DNA of 32,000 nt from Pseudomonas aeruginosa. Its GTDB lineage: Bacteria > Pseudomonadota > Gammaproteobacteria > Pseudomonadales > Pseudomonadaceae. The stretch covers positions 5,880,001-5,912,000 of the forward strand of contig NZ_LN831024.1 in NCBI RefSeq assembly GCF_001457615.1, given 5' to 3'. The notes beneath the pieces are model-generated. The model was not told the DNA's origin, made no database searches, and saw only the letters and a program-made list of their open reading frames with translations. Positions 24,104 through 32,000 of the stretch are shown here, in pieces; position 1 is the stretch's first letter, and every line of letters starts with the position of its first letter. The position numbers and the translations under genes were made by a program.

Positions 24104-24220
24104 AGAAACTCCCAGAATGAGTCAGGCGGGCATTATCGCCCAGGTAGCGGCTGGGCCGGACTGTCCATTGTTAGCAGATTTTTCCCCGACCAGCCGCCCT
24201 CCAAGGCGAAACTTGGCAGG

Positions 24221-24226
24221 TATAAT
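24221..24226 (+). promoter_or_regulatory. Candidate -10 hexamer for tex
   Basis: A perfect TATAAT 66 nt upstream of the tex ATG. No convincing -35 element (cctcca at 17 nt spacing). Confidence 0.3.
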
Positions 24227-24291
24227 GCGGCGCTTTTGCGGCGGGGCGTTGTCTACACGGCCCGTTTTCGTTCGTTTTACCAGGTGGATCA

Positions 24292-26631
24292 ATGGACAGC
24301 ATCAACACCCGTATCGCCGAAGAGCTCTCCGCACTGCCCTCCGGCCGCGTTCAACCGCAGCAAGTCGCCGCTGCCGTCGCCCTGCTCGACGAAGGCTCCA
24401 CCGTTCCCTTCATCGCCCGTTACCGCAAAGAGGTCACCGGCAGCCTCGACGATACTCAGTTGCGCATGCTGGAAGAGCGCCTGCGCTATCTGCGCGAACT
24501 GGAAGAACGCCGCGGCGCGATCCTCGCCAGCATCGAGGAACAGGGCAAGCTGACCCCCGAACTGGCCCGCGACATCAAGCTCGCCGACACCAAGACCCGT
24601 CTCGAAGACCTCTACCTGCCTTATAAGCAGAAGCGCCGCACCAAGGGCCAGATCGCCCTGGAAGCCGGCCTCGGCGCGCTGGCCGACGCACTGTTCGACG
24701 ACCCGACCCTGGTCCCGGAAAGCGAGGCCGCGCGTTTCGTCGACGCCGAGAAAGGCTTCGCCGACGTCAAGGCGGTGCTGGAAGGCGCCAAGTACATCCT
24801 CATGGAGCGCTTCGCCGAAGACGCCACGCTGCTCGACAAGCTGCGCGTGTTCATGAAGAACGAAGCGACCCTGACCGCCCGCGTGGTCCCCGGCAAGGAA
24901 CAGGAAGGCGCCAAGTTCAGCGACTACTTCGAACACGACGAGCCGCTGAAAAGCGCCCCGTCGCACCGCGCCCTGGCGATCTTCCGCGGACGCAACGAAG
25001 GCGTCCTCAGCGCCTCGCTGAAGGTCGGCGAGGAAGCGCCGGGCACCCTGCACCCATGCGAAGTCATGATCGCCCAGCGCTTCGGCCTGTCCAACCAGGG
25101 CCGCGCCGCCGACAAGTGGCTGGCCGAGGTGGTGCGCTGGACCTGGAAGGTCAAGCTCTATACCCACCTGGAAACCGACCTGTTCGGCGAGCTCCGCGAC
25201 GGCGCCGAGGACGAGGCGATCAGCGTGTTCGCGCGCAACCTGCACGACCTGCTGCTGGCCGCCCCGGCCGGCCCGCGCGCCACCCTCGGCCTCGACCCGG
25301 GCCTGCGCACCGGGGTCAAGGTCGCGGTGGTCGACGCCACCGGCAAGCTGCTGGACACCGCCACCGTCTACCCGCATGCGCCGAAGAACCAGTGGGACCA
25401 GACCCTCGCCGTGCTCGCCGCGCTGTGCGCCAAGCACCAGGTCGAGCTGATCGCCATCGGCAACGGCACCGCCAGCCGCGAAACCGACAAGCTGGCCGGC
25501 GAACTGATCAAGAAATATCCGGGCATGAAGCTGACCAAGATCATGGTCAGCGAGGCCGGCGCATCGGTGTATTCCGCCTCCGAACTGGCGGCGAAGGAGT
25601 TCCCCGAGCTGGACGTGTCCCTGCGCGGCGCCGTATCCATCGCCCGTCGCCTGCAGGACCCGCTGGCGGAGCTGGTGAAGATCGAGCCCAAGTCGATCGG
25701 CGTCGGCCAGTACCAGCACGACGTGTCCCAGCTGAAGCTGGCGCGTAGCCTGGACGCGGTGGTCGAGGATTGCGTGAACGCCGTCGGCGTCGACGTCAAC
25801 ACCGCCTCCGCCGCCCTGCTGGCACGCATCTCCGGCCTCAACTCGACGCTGGCGCAGAACATCGTCGCGCACCGCGACGCCAACGGCGCGTTCCGCACCC
25901 GCGACGAGCTGAAGAAAGTCAGCCGCCTGGGCGAGAAGACCTTCGAGCAAGCCGCCGGCTTCCTCCGCGTGATGAACGGCGACAACCCGCTGGACGCCTC
26001 GGCGGTGCACCCGGAGACCTATCCGCTGGTGCAGCGCATCGCCGCCGACACCGAGCGCGACATCCGCTCGCTGATCGGCGACTCGGCGTTCCTCAAGCGC
26101 CTCGACCCGAAGAAGTTCACCGACGAGACCTTCGGCCTGCCGACCGTCACCGACATCCTCAAGGAACTCGACAAGCCCGGCCGCGACCCGCGTCCGGAGT
26201 TCAAGACCGCAGAGTTCCAGGAAGGCGTCGAGAGCCTCAAGGACCTCAAGCCGGGCATGGTCCTGGAGGGCGTGGTGACCAACGTCACCAACTTCGGCGC
26301 ATTCGTCGACATCGGCGTCCACCAGGACGGCCTGGTGCACATCTCGGCGCTGTCCGAGAAGTTCGTCAAGGATCCGTACGAAGTGGTCAAGGCCGGCGAC
26401 ATCGTCAAGGTCAAGGTCATGGAAGTGGACATCCCGCGCAACCGTGTCGGCCTGTCCATGCGCATGAGCGACACCCCCGGCGAGAAGGTCGAAGGCCAGC
26501 GCGGCGGGCGTCCCGCCGGCAGCGGCCAGCCGCGCCAGGAGCGTGGCGCCCCGCGCGGACAGAGCGCGCCGCCGGCGAACAACGCCATGGCCGCGCTGTT
26601 CGCCAACGCCAAGCAACTGAAGAAGAAGTGA
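24292..26631 (+). CDS. tex: Transcription accessory protein Tex (YqgF/RuvC-like, HhH and S1 domains)
   Basis: 779 aa, starting [47 protein letters not shown]. The C-terminal S1 domain is [30 protein letters not shown] upstream. Confidence 0.96.
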   Translation: MDSINTRIAEELSALPSGRVQPQQVAAAVALLDEGSTVPFIARYRKEVTGSLDDTQLRMLEERLRYLRELEERRGAILASIEEQGKLTPELARDIKLADTKTRLEDLYLPYKQKRRTKGQIALEAGLGALADALFDDPTLVPESEAARFVDAEKGFADVKAVLEGAKYILMERFAEDATLLDKLRVFMKNEATLTARVVPGKEQEGAKFSDYFEHDEPLKSAPSHRALAIFRGRNEGVLSASLKVGEEAPGTLHPCEVMIAQRFGLSNQGRAADKWLAEVVRWTWKVKLYTHLETDLFGELRDGAEDEAISVFARNLHDLLLAAPAGPRATLGLDPGLRTGVKVAVVDATGKLLDTATVYPHAPKNQWDQTLAVLAALCAKHQVELIAIGNGTASRETDKLAGELIKKYPGMKLTKIMVSEAGASVYSASELAAKEFPELDVSLRGAVSIARRLQDPLAELVKIEPKSIGVGQYQHDVSQLKLARSLDAVVEDCVNAVGVDVNTASAALLARISGLNSTLAQNIVAHRDANGAFRTRDELKKVSRLGEKTFEQAAGFLRVMNGDNPLDASAVHPETYPLVQRIAADTERDIRSLIGDSAFLKRLDPKKFTDETFGLPTVTDILKELDKPGRDPRPEFKTAEFQEGVESLKDLKPGMVLEGVVTNVTNFGAFVDIGVHQDGLVHISALSEKFVKDPYEVVKAGDIVKVKVMEVDIPRNRVGLSMRMSDTPGEKVEGQRGGRPAGSGQPRQERGAPRGQSAPPANNAMAALFANAKQLKKK

Positions 26632-26642
26632 CGGAGCCGTCC

Positions 26643-27032
26643 ATGAGCGAGATGCCCGCCCGCGAGCAGATGATCAGCGCCTACAGCGAACTGGTCGGCC
26701 TAGACCCGGTCAGCCTCGGCGACGGAGTCGCCGAGGTACGCCTGCCGATGGCCGCGCACCTGCGCAACCGCGGCGGGGTCATGCATGGCGGCGCGCTGTT
26801 CTCGCTGATGGACGTGACCATGGGGCTGGCCTGCTCCAGTTCCCATGGTTTCGACCGCCAGAGCGTCACCCTGGAATGCAAGATCAACTACATCCGCGCC
26901 GTCGCCGACGGCGAGGTGCGCTGCGTCGCCCGCGTCCTCCATGCCGGGCGCCGCAGCCTGGTGGTGGAAGCCGAGGTGCGGCAAGGCGACAAACTGGTCG
27001 CGAAAGGACAAGGTACCTTCGCCCAGTTGTAA
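26643..27032 (+). CDS. PaaI/YdiI-type hotdog thioesterase
   Basis: An ATG at 26643 lies inside the long track ORF 25770..27032, 11 nt after the tex stop. The 129 aa product has the PaaI-type motif GGVMHGGALFSLMD, and a KINYIRA ... GRRSLVVEAEV core. Confidence 0.85.
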   Translation: MSEMPAREQMISAYSELVGLDPVSLGDGVAEVRLPMAAHLRNRGGVMHGGALFSLMDVTMGLACSSSHGFDRQSVTLECKINYIRAVADGEVRCVARVLHAGRRSLVVEAEVRQGDKLVAKGQGTFAQL

Positions 27033-27169
27033 ACCGGCGCGGCCGCCATGCGGCAGAGTGGCGCGCAACGGCGATCCCGATCCGTGCCGGGCGCCCGCCT
27101 CGACGGCTCCCGCCGAAGGCGCGGCGACCGGCCCCCGGACGAAGCGAAAACGCATTTACGTCCTCCCTC

Positions 27170-27198
27170 TTGTAGACCGCTCGGTCCACCCTCATATT
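27170..27198 (+). promoter_or_regulatory. Candidate sigma70 promoter for gshA
   Basis: TTGTAG (27170-27175), a 17 nt spacer, then CATATT (27193-27198), about 40 nt upstream of the preferred gshA start. Confidence 0.3.
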
Positions 27199-27238
27199 GG
27201 GGCGACCGATCTGGGACGCGATCACAAGGAATCCCGAC

Positions 27239-28822
27239 TTGAGCGATCTTCTCTCCCGCCGCCTGGCTCTGCTCGGCGCCGCAGCCAACCTGCCCCTGCT
27301 GACCGAGTGCCTGCATGGCATCGAGCGCGAATGCCTGCGAGTCGATAGCGACGGCAAGCTGGCGCTCACCCCCCACCCCCGGGCCCTGGGTTCGACCCTG
27401 ACCCATCCGCAGATCACTACCGACTACTCCGAGGCCTTGCTGGAGTTCATCACGCCCACGGAAACCGACGTCGCCGACACCCTGGCCGATCTCGAGCGCA
27501 TCCACCGCTTCGCCAGTTCGAAGCTGGACGGCGAATACCTGTGGAGCCCATCGATGCCCTGCGAGCTGCCGGACGAGGAGAGCATCCCGATCGCCCGCTA
27601 TGGCAGCTCGCTGATCGGCCGCCTGAAGTACGTCTACCGCAAGGGCCTGGCGCTGCGTTACGGCAAGACCATGCAGTGCATCGCCGGCATCCACTACAAC
27701 TTCTCCCTGCCGGAGAGGCTCTGGCCGCTGCTGCGCCAGGCCGAAGGCAGCGAGCTGTCGGAACGCGACTACCAGTCCGCCGCCTACATCGCCCTGATTC
27801 GCAATTTCCGCCGCTACAGCTGGCTGCTGATGTACCTGTTCGGCGCCTCGCCGGCCCTCGACGCCGGCTTCCTGCGTGGCCGCCCGAGCCAGTTGGAGCG
27901 CCTCGACGAACACACGCTTTACCTGCCCTACGCCACCAGCCTGCGGATGAGCGACCTGGGCTACCAGAACAACGCCCAGGCCGGCCTGACGCCCTGCTAC
28001 AACGACCTGCAGAGCTACATCGACAGCCTGCGCCAGGCGGTCAGCACGCCCTACCCGCCCTACGAGAAGGTCGGCACCAAGCAGGATGGCGAATGGGTGC
28101 AGCTGAACACCAACATCCTGCAGATCGAGAACGAGTACTACTCGAGCATCCGGCCAAAGCGCGTCACCTACACCGGCGAGCGTCCGGTGCAGGCCCTGGC
28201 CGCTCGCGGCGTGCAGTACGTGGAAGTGCGCTGCCTGGACATCAACCCGTTCCTGCCGCTGGGCATCGACCTGGACGAGGCGCGCTTCCTCGACGCCTTC
28301 CTGCTGTTCTGCGCGTTCAGCGACAGCCCGCTGCTGAACGGCGAGTGCAGCGACGCCACCGACAACTTCCTCGCCGTGGTCAAGGAAGGCAGGCGGCCGG
28401 GCCTGCAATTGCAACGTCGCGGCCAGCCGGTGGAATTGCAGGTCTGGGCGAACGAGCTGCTCGAACGAATCGCCGACACCGCGGCGCTGCTCGACCGCGC
28501 GCGCGGCGGCGAAGCCCACGCGGCGGCGCTGGCAGCGCAGCGGGCGAAGGTGGCCGATGCGGAACTGACGCCTTCGGCGCAGGTGCTGAAGGTCATGCGC
28601 GAGCGCGGCGAGAGCTTCGAAGCGTTCTCCCTGCGCCAGAGCCGCGAACACGCGGAGTATTTCCGCCAGCATCCGCTGGCCGCCGAAGAGCAGGCGCGCT
28701 TCGAGAAGATGGCCAGCGACTCCCTGGCCGAACAGACGGAGCTGGAACGCGACCAGGATGGCGACTTCGATACCTTCGTCGCCGCCTACCAGGCGAGCAT
28801 CCTCGGCCTGATCAGCAACTGA
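27239..28822 (+). CDS. gshA: Glutamate-cysteine ligase
   Basis: Track ORF 27197..28822. I prefer the TTG at 27239, which has AAGGA 8 nt upstream. The N-terminus (M)[12 protein letters not shown]...[49 protein letters not shown] is then colinear with E. coli GshA. This gives 527 aa. Confidence 0.93.
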   Translation: MSDLLSRRLALLGAAANLPLLTECLHGIERECLRVDSDGKLALTPHPRALGSTLTHPQITTDYSEALLEFITPTETDVADTLADLERIHRFASSKLDGEYLWSPSMPCELPDEESIPIARYGSSLIGRLKYVYRKGLALRYGKTMQCIAGIHYNFSLPERLWPLLRQAEGSELSERDYQSAAYIALIRNFRRYSWLLMYLFGASPALDAGFLRGRPSQLERLDEHTLYLPYATSLRMSDLGYQNNAQAGLTPCYNDLQSYIDSLRQAVSTPYPPYEKVGTKQDGEWVQLNTNILQIENEYYSSIRPKRVTYTGERPVQALAARGVQYVEVRCLDINPFLPLGIDLDEARFLDAFLLFCAFSDSPLLNGECSDATDNFLAVVKEGRRPGLQLQRRGQPVELQVWANELLERIADTAALLDRARGGEAHAAALAAQRAKVADAELTPSAQVLKVMRERGESFEAFSLRQSREHAEYFRQHPLAAEEQARFEKMASDSLAEQTELERDQDGDFDTFVAAYQASILGLISN

Positions 28823-28827
28823 GCCAA

Positions 28828-28861
28828 GCCGGCGCGCCCCTGCGCCCAGGGACGCGCCGGC
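28828..28861. terminator. Long GC hairpin between convergent gshA and argA
   Basis: gccggcgcg (28828-28836) pairs with cgcgccggc (28853-28861), with an inner ccctg/caggg pairing. No U-tracts. Confidence 0.45.
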
Positions 28862-28864
28862 GGA

Positions 28865-30163
28865 TCACAGGCTCTTCTCGAATACCTGCGAATTGCGCTG
28901 GAAGTTGTACAGCGAGGCCCGCGCCGCCGGTAGCCGTTCGACGCTGCTGGGCTGGAAGCCGCGCTCGCGGAACCAGTGCGCGGTCCGCGTGGTGAGCACG
29001 AACAGGGTCTTCAGGCCGAGTCCGCGCGCGCGCTCCTCGATCCGCTCCAGCAGTTCGTCGCCACGCCCGCCGTGGCGGTACTCCGGGTTGACCGCCAGAC
29101 AGGCCAGCTCGCCCGCCTCGGAATCGGCGATCGGATAGAGCGCGGCGCAGGCGATGATCAGCCCTTCGCGCTCGACGATGCTGAACTGTTCGATCTCGCG
29201 TTCCAGCACCTCGCGGGAACGGCGTACCAGGATGCCCTGCTCTTCCAGTGGGCGGATCAGCTCGATCAGCCCGCCAACGTCCTCGATGCCCGCCTCGCGC
29301 AACTGCTCGAACTGCTCCTGGGCGACCAGGGTGCCGTTGCCGGTGCGGGTGAACAGCTCGCTGAGCAGCGCGCCGTCCTCGGTGTAGCTGACGATATGGC
29401 TGCGCTTGACCCCGGCCCGGCAGGCCTGCGCCGCGGCGTCCAGCAGCTCGGCCTGGTAGCTGTTGCCCAGCCGTTGCAGGTGCGCGGGCACCTGCTGCGG
29501 GCGCAGTTCGCGGACCAGCTTGCCGGATGCGTCCAGCAGGCCCTGTTCGGCGCCGTAGAGAATCAGCTTTTCCGCTTCCAGGTCGATGGCGGCGCGCATG
29601 GCCACGTCTTCGCAGGCCAGGTTGAAGATTTCCCCGGTCGGCGAGTAGCCCAGCGGCGAGAGCAAGACGATGCTGCGCTCGTCGAGAAGGCGGCCAATGC
29701 CCTTGCGGTCGATGCGACGGACCTCGCCGGTATGGTGGTAGTCGACACCCTCGACCACGCCGATCGGCCGCGCGGTGACCAGGTTGCCGCCAGCGACCCG
29801 CAGGCGCGCGCCCTGCATCGGCGAGGCGGCCATGTCCATCGACAGCCGCGCCTCGATGGCGATGCGCAGACTACCCACGGCGTCGATGACGCATTCCAGA
29901 GTCGGCGCATCGGTCACTCGCAGGTCGCGGTGATAGCGCGGAGCCAGGCCGCGCGCGGCCAGGCGCGCCTCGATCTGCGGACGCGAACCGTGCACCAGCA
30001 CCAGGCGCGCGCCGAGGCTGTGGAGAAGGACCAGGTCGTGGACGATATTGCCGAAATTGGGATGCTCCACCCCTTCGCCGGGGAGCATGACCACGAAGGT
30101 GCGGTCCCGGTGCGAGTTGATGTAGGGCGAAGCGTGACGTAACCAGTTGACGTAGTCGGGCAT
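28865..30163 (-). CDS. argA: Amino-acid N-acetyltransferase (N-acetylglutamate synthase)
   Basis: Track ORF 28865..30199, trimmed to the ATG at 30163 (MPDYVNWLRHASPYINSHRDRTFVVMLPGEG), giving 432 aa. It has an amino-acid kinase fold and a C-terminal GNAT domain. Confidence 0.95.
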   Translation of the reverse strand: MPDYVNWLRHASPYINSHRDRTFVVMLPGEGVEHPNFGNIVHDLVLLHSLGARLVLVHGSRPQIEARLAARGLAPRYHRDLRVTDAPTLECVIDAVGSLRIAIEARLSMDMAASPMQGARLRVAGGNLVTARPIGVVEGVDYHHTGEVRRIDRKGIGRLLDERSIVLLSPLGYSPTGEIFNLACEDVAMRAAIDLEAEKLILYGAEQGLLDASGKLVRELRPQQVPAHLQRLGNSYQAELLDAAAQACRAGVKRSHIVSYTEDGALLSELFTRTGNGTLVAQEQFEQLREAGIEDVGGLIELIRPLEEQGILVRRSREVLEREIEQFSIVEREGLIIACAALYPIADSEAGELACLAVNPEYRHGGRGDELLERIEERARGLGLKTLFVLTTRTAHWFRERGFQPSSVERLPAARASLYNFQRNSQVFEKSL

Positions 30164-30499
30164 GGTGGGGAAAGCCTGTCGTTTCGTGAGCGAGAGCAAA
30201 GCGTGAGCGGCCGGGACGGCCCGAAGGGCGCCGTTATCGTCGTCGCAGCAACATCGACAGGCTTCTCCTCACTTTCTGGTTAACGAGACGGATGGATCAC
30301 GCGCGAGTTTAAACCCTCGGCGGCCCCCCGGCCGCGGGATTCGACCATGGTACGGGGCGTGGGGCCGGAACGAACCGTTTTACCACTATTTCTGAAAAAA
30401 ACTATCCGAAAACCCCGGTTAACTCGCGCAGCGCTTTTTCGCTAGGCTGCCTCGTTCGCCGTGCCGTCCGGCGCGCACCCACGCGAACGAGGAAAATCC

Positions 30500-31201
30500 A
30501 TGAGCGAATACTTCCATCACGTCCTGGTCGGCCTGCTCGCCGTGCTCCCGGTAGCCAACCCGCTGACCAGCGTCTCGCTGCTGCTCGGCCTCGGCGGCAG
30601 CCTGCCGCCGGCGGAGCGCAACCGGCAGATATTCAAGGCCAGCCTCTACGTGGCGCTGATCATGCTGGTCAGCTTCTACGGCGGCAGCCTGGTGATGCAG
30701 GTGTTCGGCATCTCCATTCCCGGCCTGCGCATCGCCGGCGGGCTGATCGTCGCCTATATCGGCTTCACCATGCTGTTCCCCGCCACCACGCCGGACGAGA
30801 CCGAAGTCCAGCACGACCTGCTGTCGGACGAGGAAAAGATCACCCCGCACTTCCGCGACCTGTCCTTCGTTCCGCTGGCCCTGCCGGGTACCGCGGGGCC
30901 GGGGACCATCGCCCTGGTGGTCAGCTCGGCGTCGACGCTGCAATCCACCTACGGAAGCATTCCGCTGTTCATCCACCTCGCGGCGATCACCGTCACCCTG
31001 CTCACCGCGCTGATCTTCTGGATCGCCCTGCAAAGCTCCGGGCGCATCATGAAGTTCCTCGGCGAATCCGGGATCGACGCCATCTCGCGAGTGGTCGGCT
31101 TCCTGCTGGTGGCGATGGGCGTGCAGTTCGTCATCAACGGCGGCTTCGAGCTGGTCGCCGGCCACGCCGCGCTTCAGTCGGCGGCGGGCGTCAGGCAGTA
31201 A
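30500..31201 (+). CDS. MarC-family (UPF0056) integral membrane protein
   Basis: Track ORF 30461..31201, trimmed to the ATG at 30500 with GAGGA 6 nt upstream. The 233 aa product (MSEYFHHVLVGLLAVLPVANPLTSV...) has 6 hydrophobic helices typical of MarC/YhgN. Confidence 0.8.
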   Translation: MSEYFHHVLVGLLAVLPVANPLTSVSLLLGLGGSLPPAERNRQIFKASLYVALIMLVSFYGGSLVMQVFGISIPGLRIAGGLIVAYIGFTMLFPATTPDETEVQHDLLSDEEKITPHFRDLSFVPLALPGTAGPGTIALVVSSASTLQSTYGSIPLFIHLAAITVTLLTALIFWIALQSSGRIMKFLGESGIDAISRVVGFLLVAMGVQFVINGGFELVAGHAALQSAAGVRQ

Positions 31202-32000
31202 TGCTGGATCAGCCGGCGCAGCACGCCGACCATCGGTTCGATACGCGCCAGTTCGAGGTGCTCGTCGGGCTGGTGGGCACAGGCGATGTCGCCGGCGCCG
31301 AGGACCAGGGTCTCGCTGCCCAGGCGCTGGAAGTACGGCGCCTCGGTACCGAACGCCACGGCCTCGGCGCGATGCCCGGTCAGGCGTTCGGCGACGCGTA
31401 CCAGTTCGCTGTCCTGCGCCTGTTCGAACGGCGGCACGGCAGGGAACAGCGGCTGGTAGTCGATGCTCACCTTGTGCCGTTCGGCCAGCGGCCGCAGGCG
31501 CTGGCGGATCGCCTCGCGCAACTGCTCGGGCTGCATGCCGGGTAGCGGGCGCAGGTCGAATTCCAGCGAACACTGGCCGCAGATGCGGTTGGGATTGTCG
31601 CCGCCGTGGATGCAACCGAAGTTCAGGGTCGGCTGGGGCACGCTGAACTGCGGGTTGTTCCAGGCCTGCTGCCATTCCCCGCGCAGAGCCATCAGCTCGC
31701 CGATGGTCGCGTGCATCGCCTCCAGGGCGCTGCGCCCGAGGTTCGGATCGGACGAATGGCCGCTCTGCCCGAGAATCTCGATGCGCTCCATCATCACCCC
31801 CTTGTGCAGGCGGATCGGCCGCAGATTGGTCGGCTCGCCGATCACCGTGGCGCGCCCCAGCGGCCGCCCGCTTTCGGCGAGGGCACGGGCGCCGGCCATC
31901 GAGCTTTCCTCGTCGCAGGTGGCGAGGATCATCAGCGGCTGGCGGAACGGCTGGTCGAGCAGCGGCAGCAAGGCCTCGATGGCCAGCGGGAAGAAGCCCT
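31174..32000 (-). CDS. argE: Acetylornithine deacetylase, C-terminal about 275 codons; gene continues past the right edge
   Basis: The frame is open to position 32000 (GFFPLAIEALLPLLDQPFRQPLMILATCDEESSMAGARALAE...). It is colinear with E. coli ArgE (KGFFAFILDAL...[20 protein letters not shown]). The track start at 31971 is only an internal TTG. Confidence 0.9.
   Translation of the reverse strand, partial: GFFPLAIEALLPLLDQPFRQPLMILATCDEESSMAGARALAESGRPLGRATVIGEPTNLRPIRLHKGVMMERIEILGQSGHSSDPNLGRSALEAMHATIGELMALRGEWQQAWNNPQFSVPQPTLNFGCIHGGDNPNRICGQCSLEFDLRPLPGMQPEQLREAIRQRLRPLAERHKVSIDYQPLFPAVPPFEQAQDSELVRVAERLTGHRAEAVAFGTEAPYFQRLGSETLVLGAGDIACAHQPDEHLELARIEPMVGVLRRLIQHYCLTPAAD

Noticed and set aside
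24289-26616. A 775 aa ORF on the minus strand covering almost the whole of tex
   Set aside because: It is codon-aligned antisense to a gene with unmistakable Tex homology. In a GC3-rich genome the complement frame rarely contains stops. The product is an Ala/Gly/Arg/Val/Asp-rich string (for example [30 protein letters not shown]) with no motifs, no SD and no independent support.
26888-28672. A 594 aa minus-strand ORF antisense to gshA
   Set aside because: The same GC-skew shadow-ORF artefact. gshA on the plus strand is colinear with E. coli GshA.
1-32000. A defence, toxin-antitoxin, secretion or biosynthetic gene cluster that could be the 'undescribed system'
   Set aside because: Every ORF over about 100 aa with coding-like features is accounted for by a recognisable housekeeping or metabolic family. 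I saw no nuclease/ATPase/helicase modules, small paired toxin-antitoxin ORFs, retron/CBASS/Thoeris-like domains, NRPS/PKS or phage genes. Claiming such a system would not be supported by the sequence.

Overview
This is a high-GC (about 65%) gamma-proteobacterial chromosome. Gene content and order match the Pseudomonas aeruginosa core genome, and from memory it is the PAO1 PA5176-PA5206 neighbourhood; locus tags need a BLAST check. I call 31 protein-coding genes, two of them truncated by the window edges. In order: nudE (partial), yrfG-like HAD nucleotidase, kbp/ygaU, a LysR regulator, fdhD, and a YdeP/FdhF-like molybdoenzyme. Next come two paralogous secreted glycine-zipper proteins, the small CsrA-family gene rsmN/rsmF, and a periplasmic chorismate mutase. 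A LysR-linked four-gene operon follows (3-hydroxyacyl-CoA dehydrogenase, long acyl-CoA dehydrogenase, Fe-alcohol dehydrogenase, 4HBT thioesterase), then a nitroreductase and an orphan mini fimbrial-subunit-like gene. The right half holds pckA, hslO, a PAP2-like membrane protein, hslR, rimB-like protease, rimK, ldcA, amgS/amgR (envZ/ompR), tex, a PaaI-type thioesterase, gshA, argA, a MarC-family protein and argE (partial). I found no rRNA, tRNA, CRISPR array, transposase, integrase, phage gene or recognisable defence or toxin module. I do not think this window holds a novel multi-gene system, and most of it is housekeeping backbone. The stretches worth a second look are small. (1) The glycine-zipper pair with odd Tyr/Arg/Asp/His tails, next to rsmN. 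(2) An AT-rich intergenic region at 14.5 kb packed with interlocking TTCCT/AGGAA dyads (seven AGGA motifs), upstream of a truncated orphan pilin-like gene. (3) Structured spacers that could occlude ribosome binding sites (rimB-rimK, the marC-family leader) or separate amgR from amgS. (4) An incomplete beta-oxidation-like operon. The many very long ORFs antisense to real genes are GC-skew artefacts.
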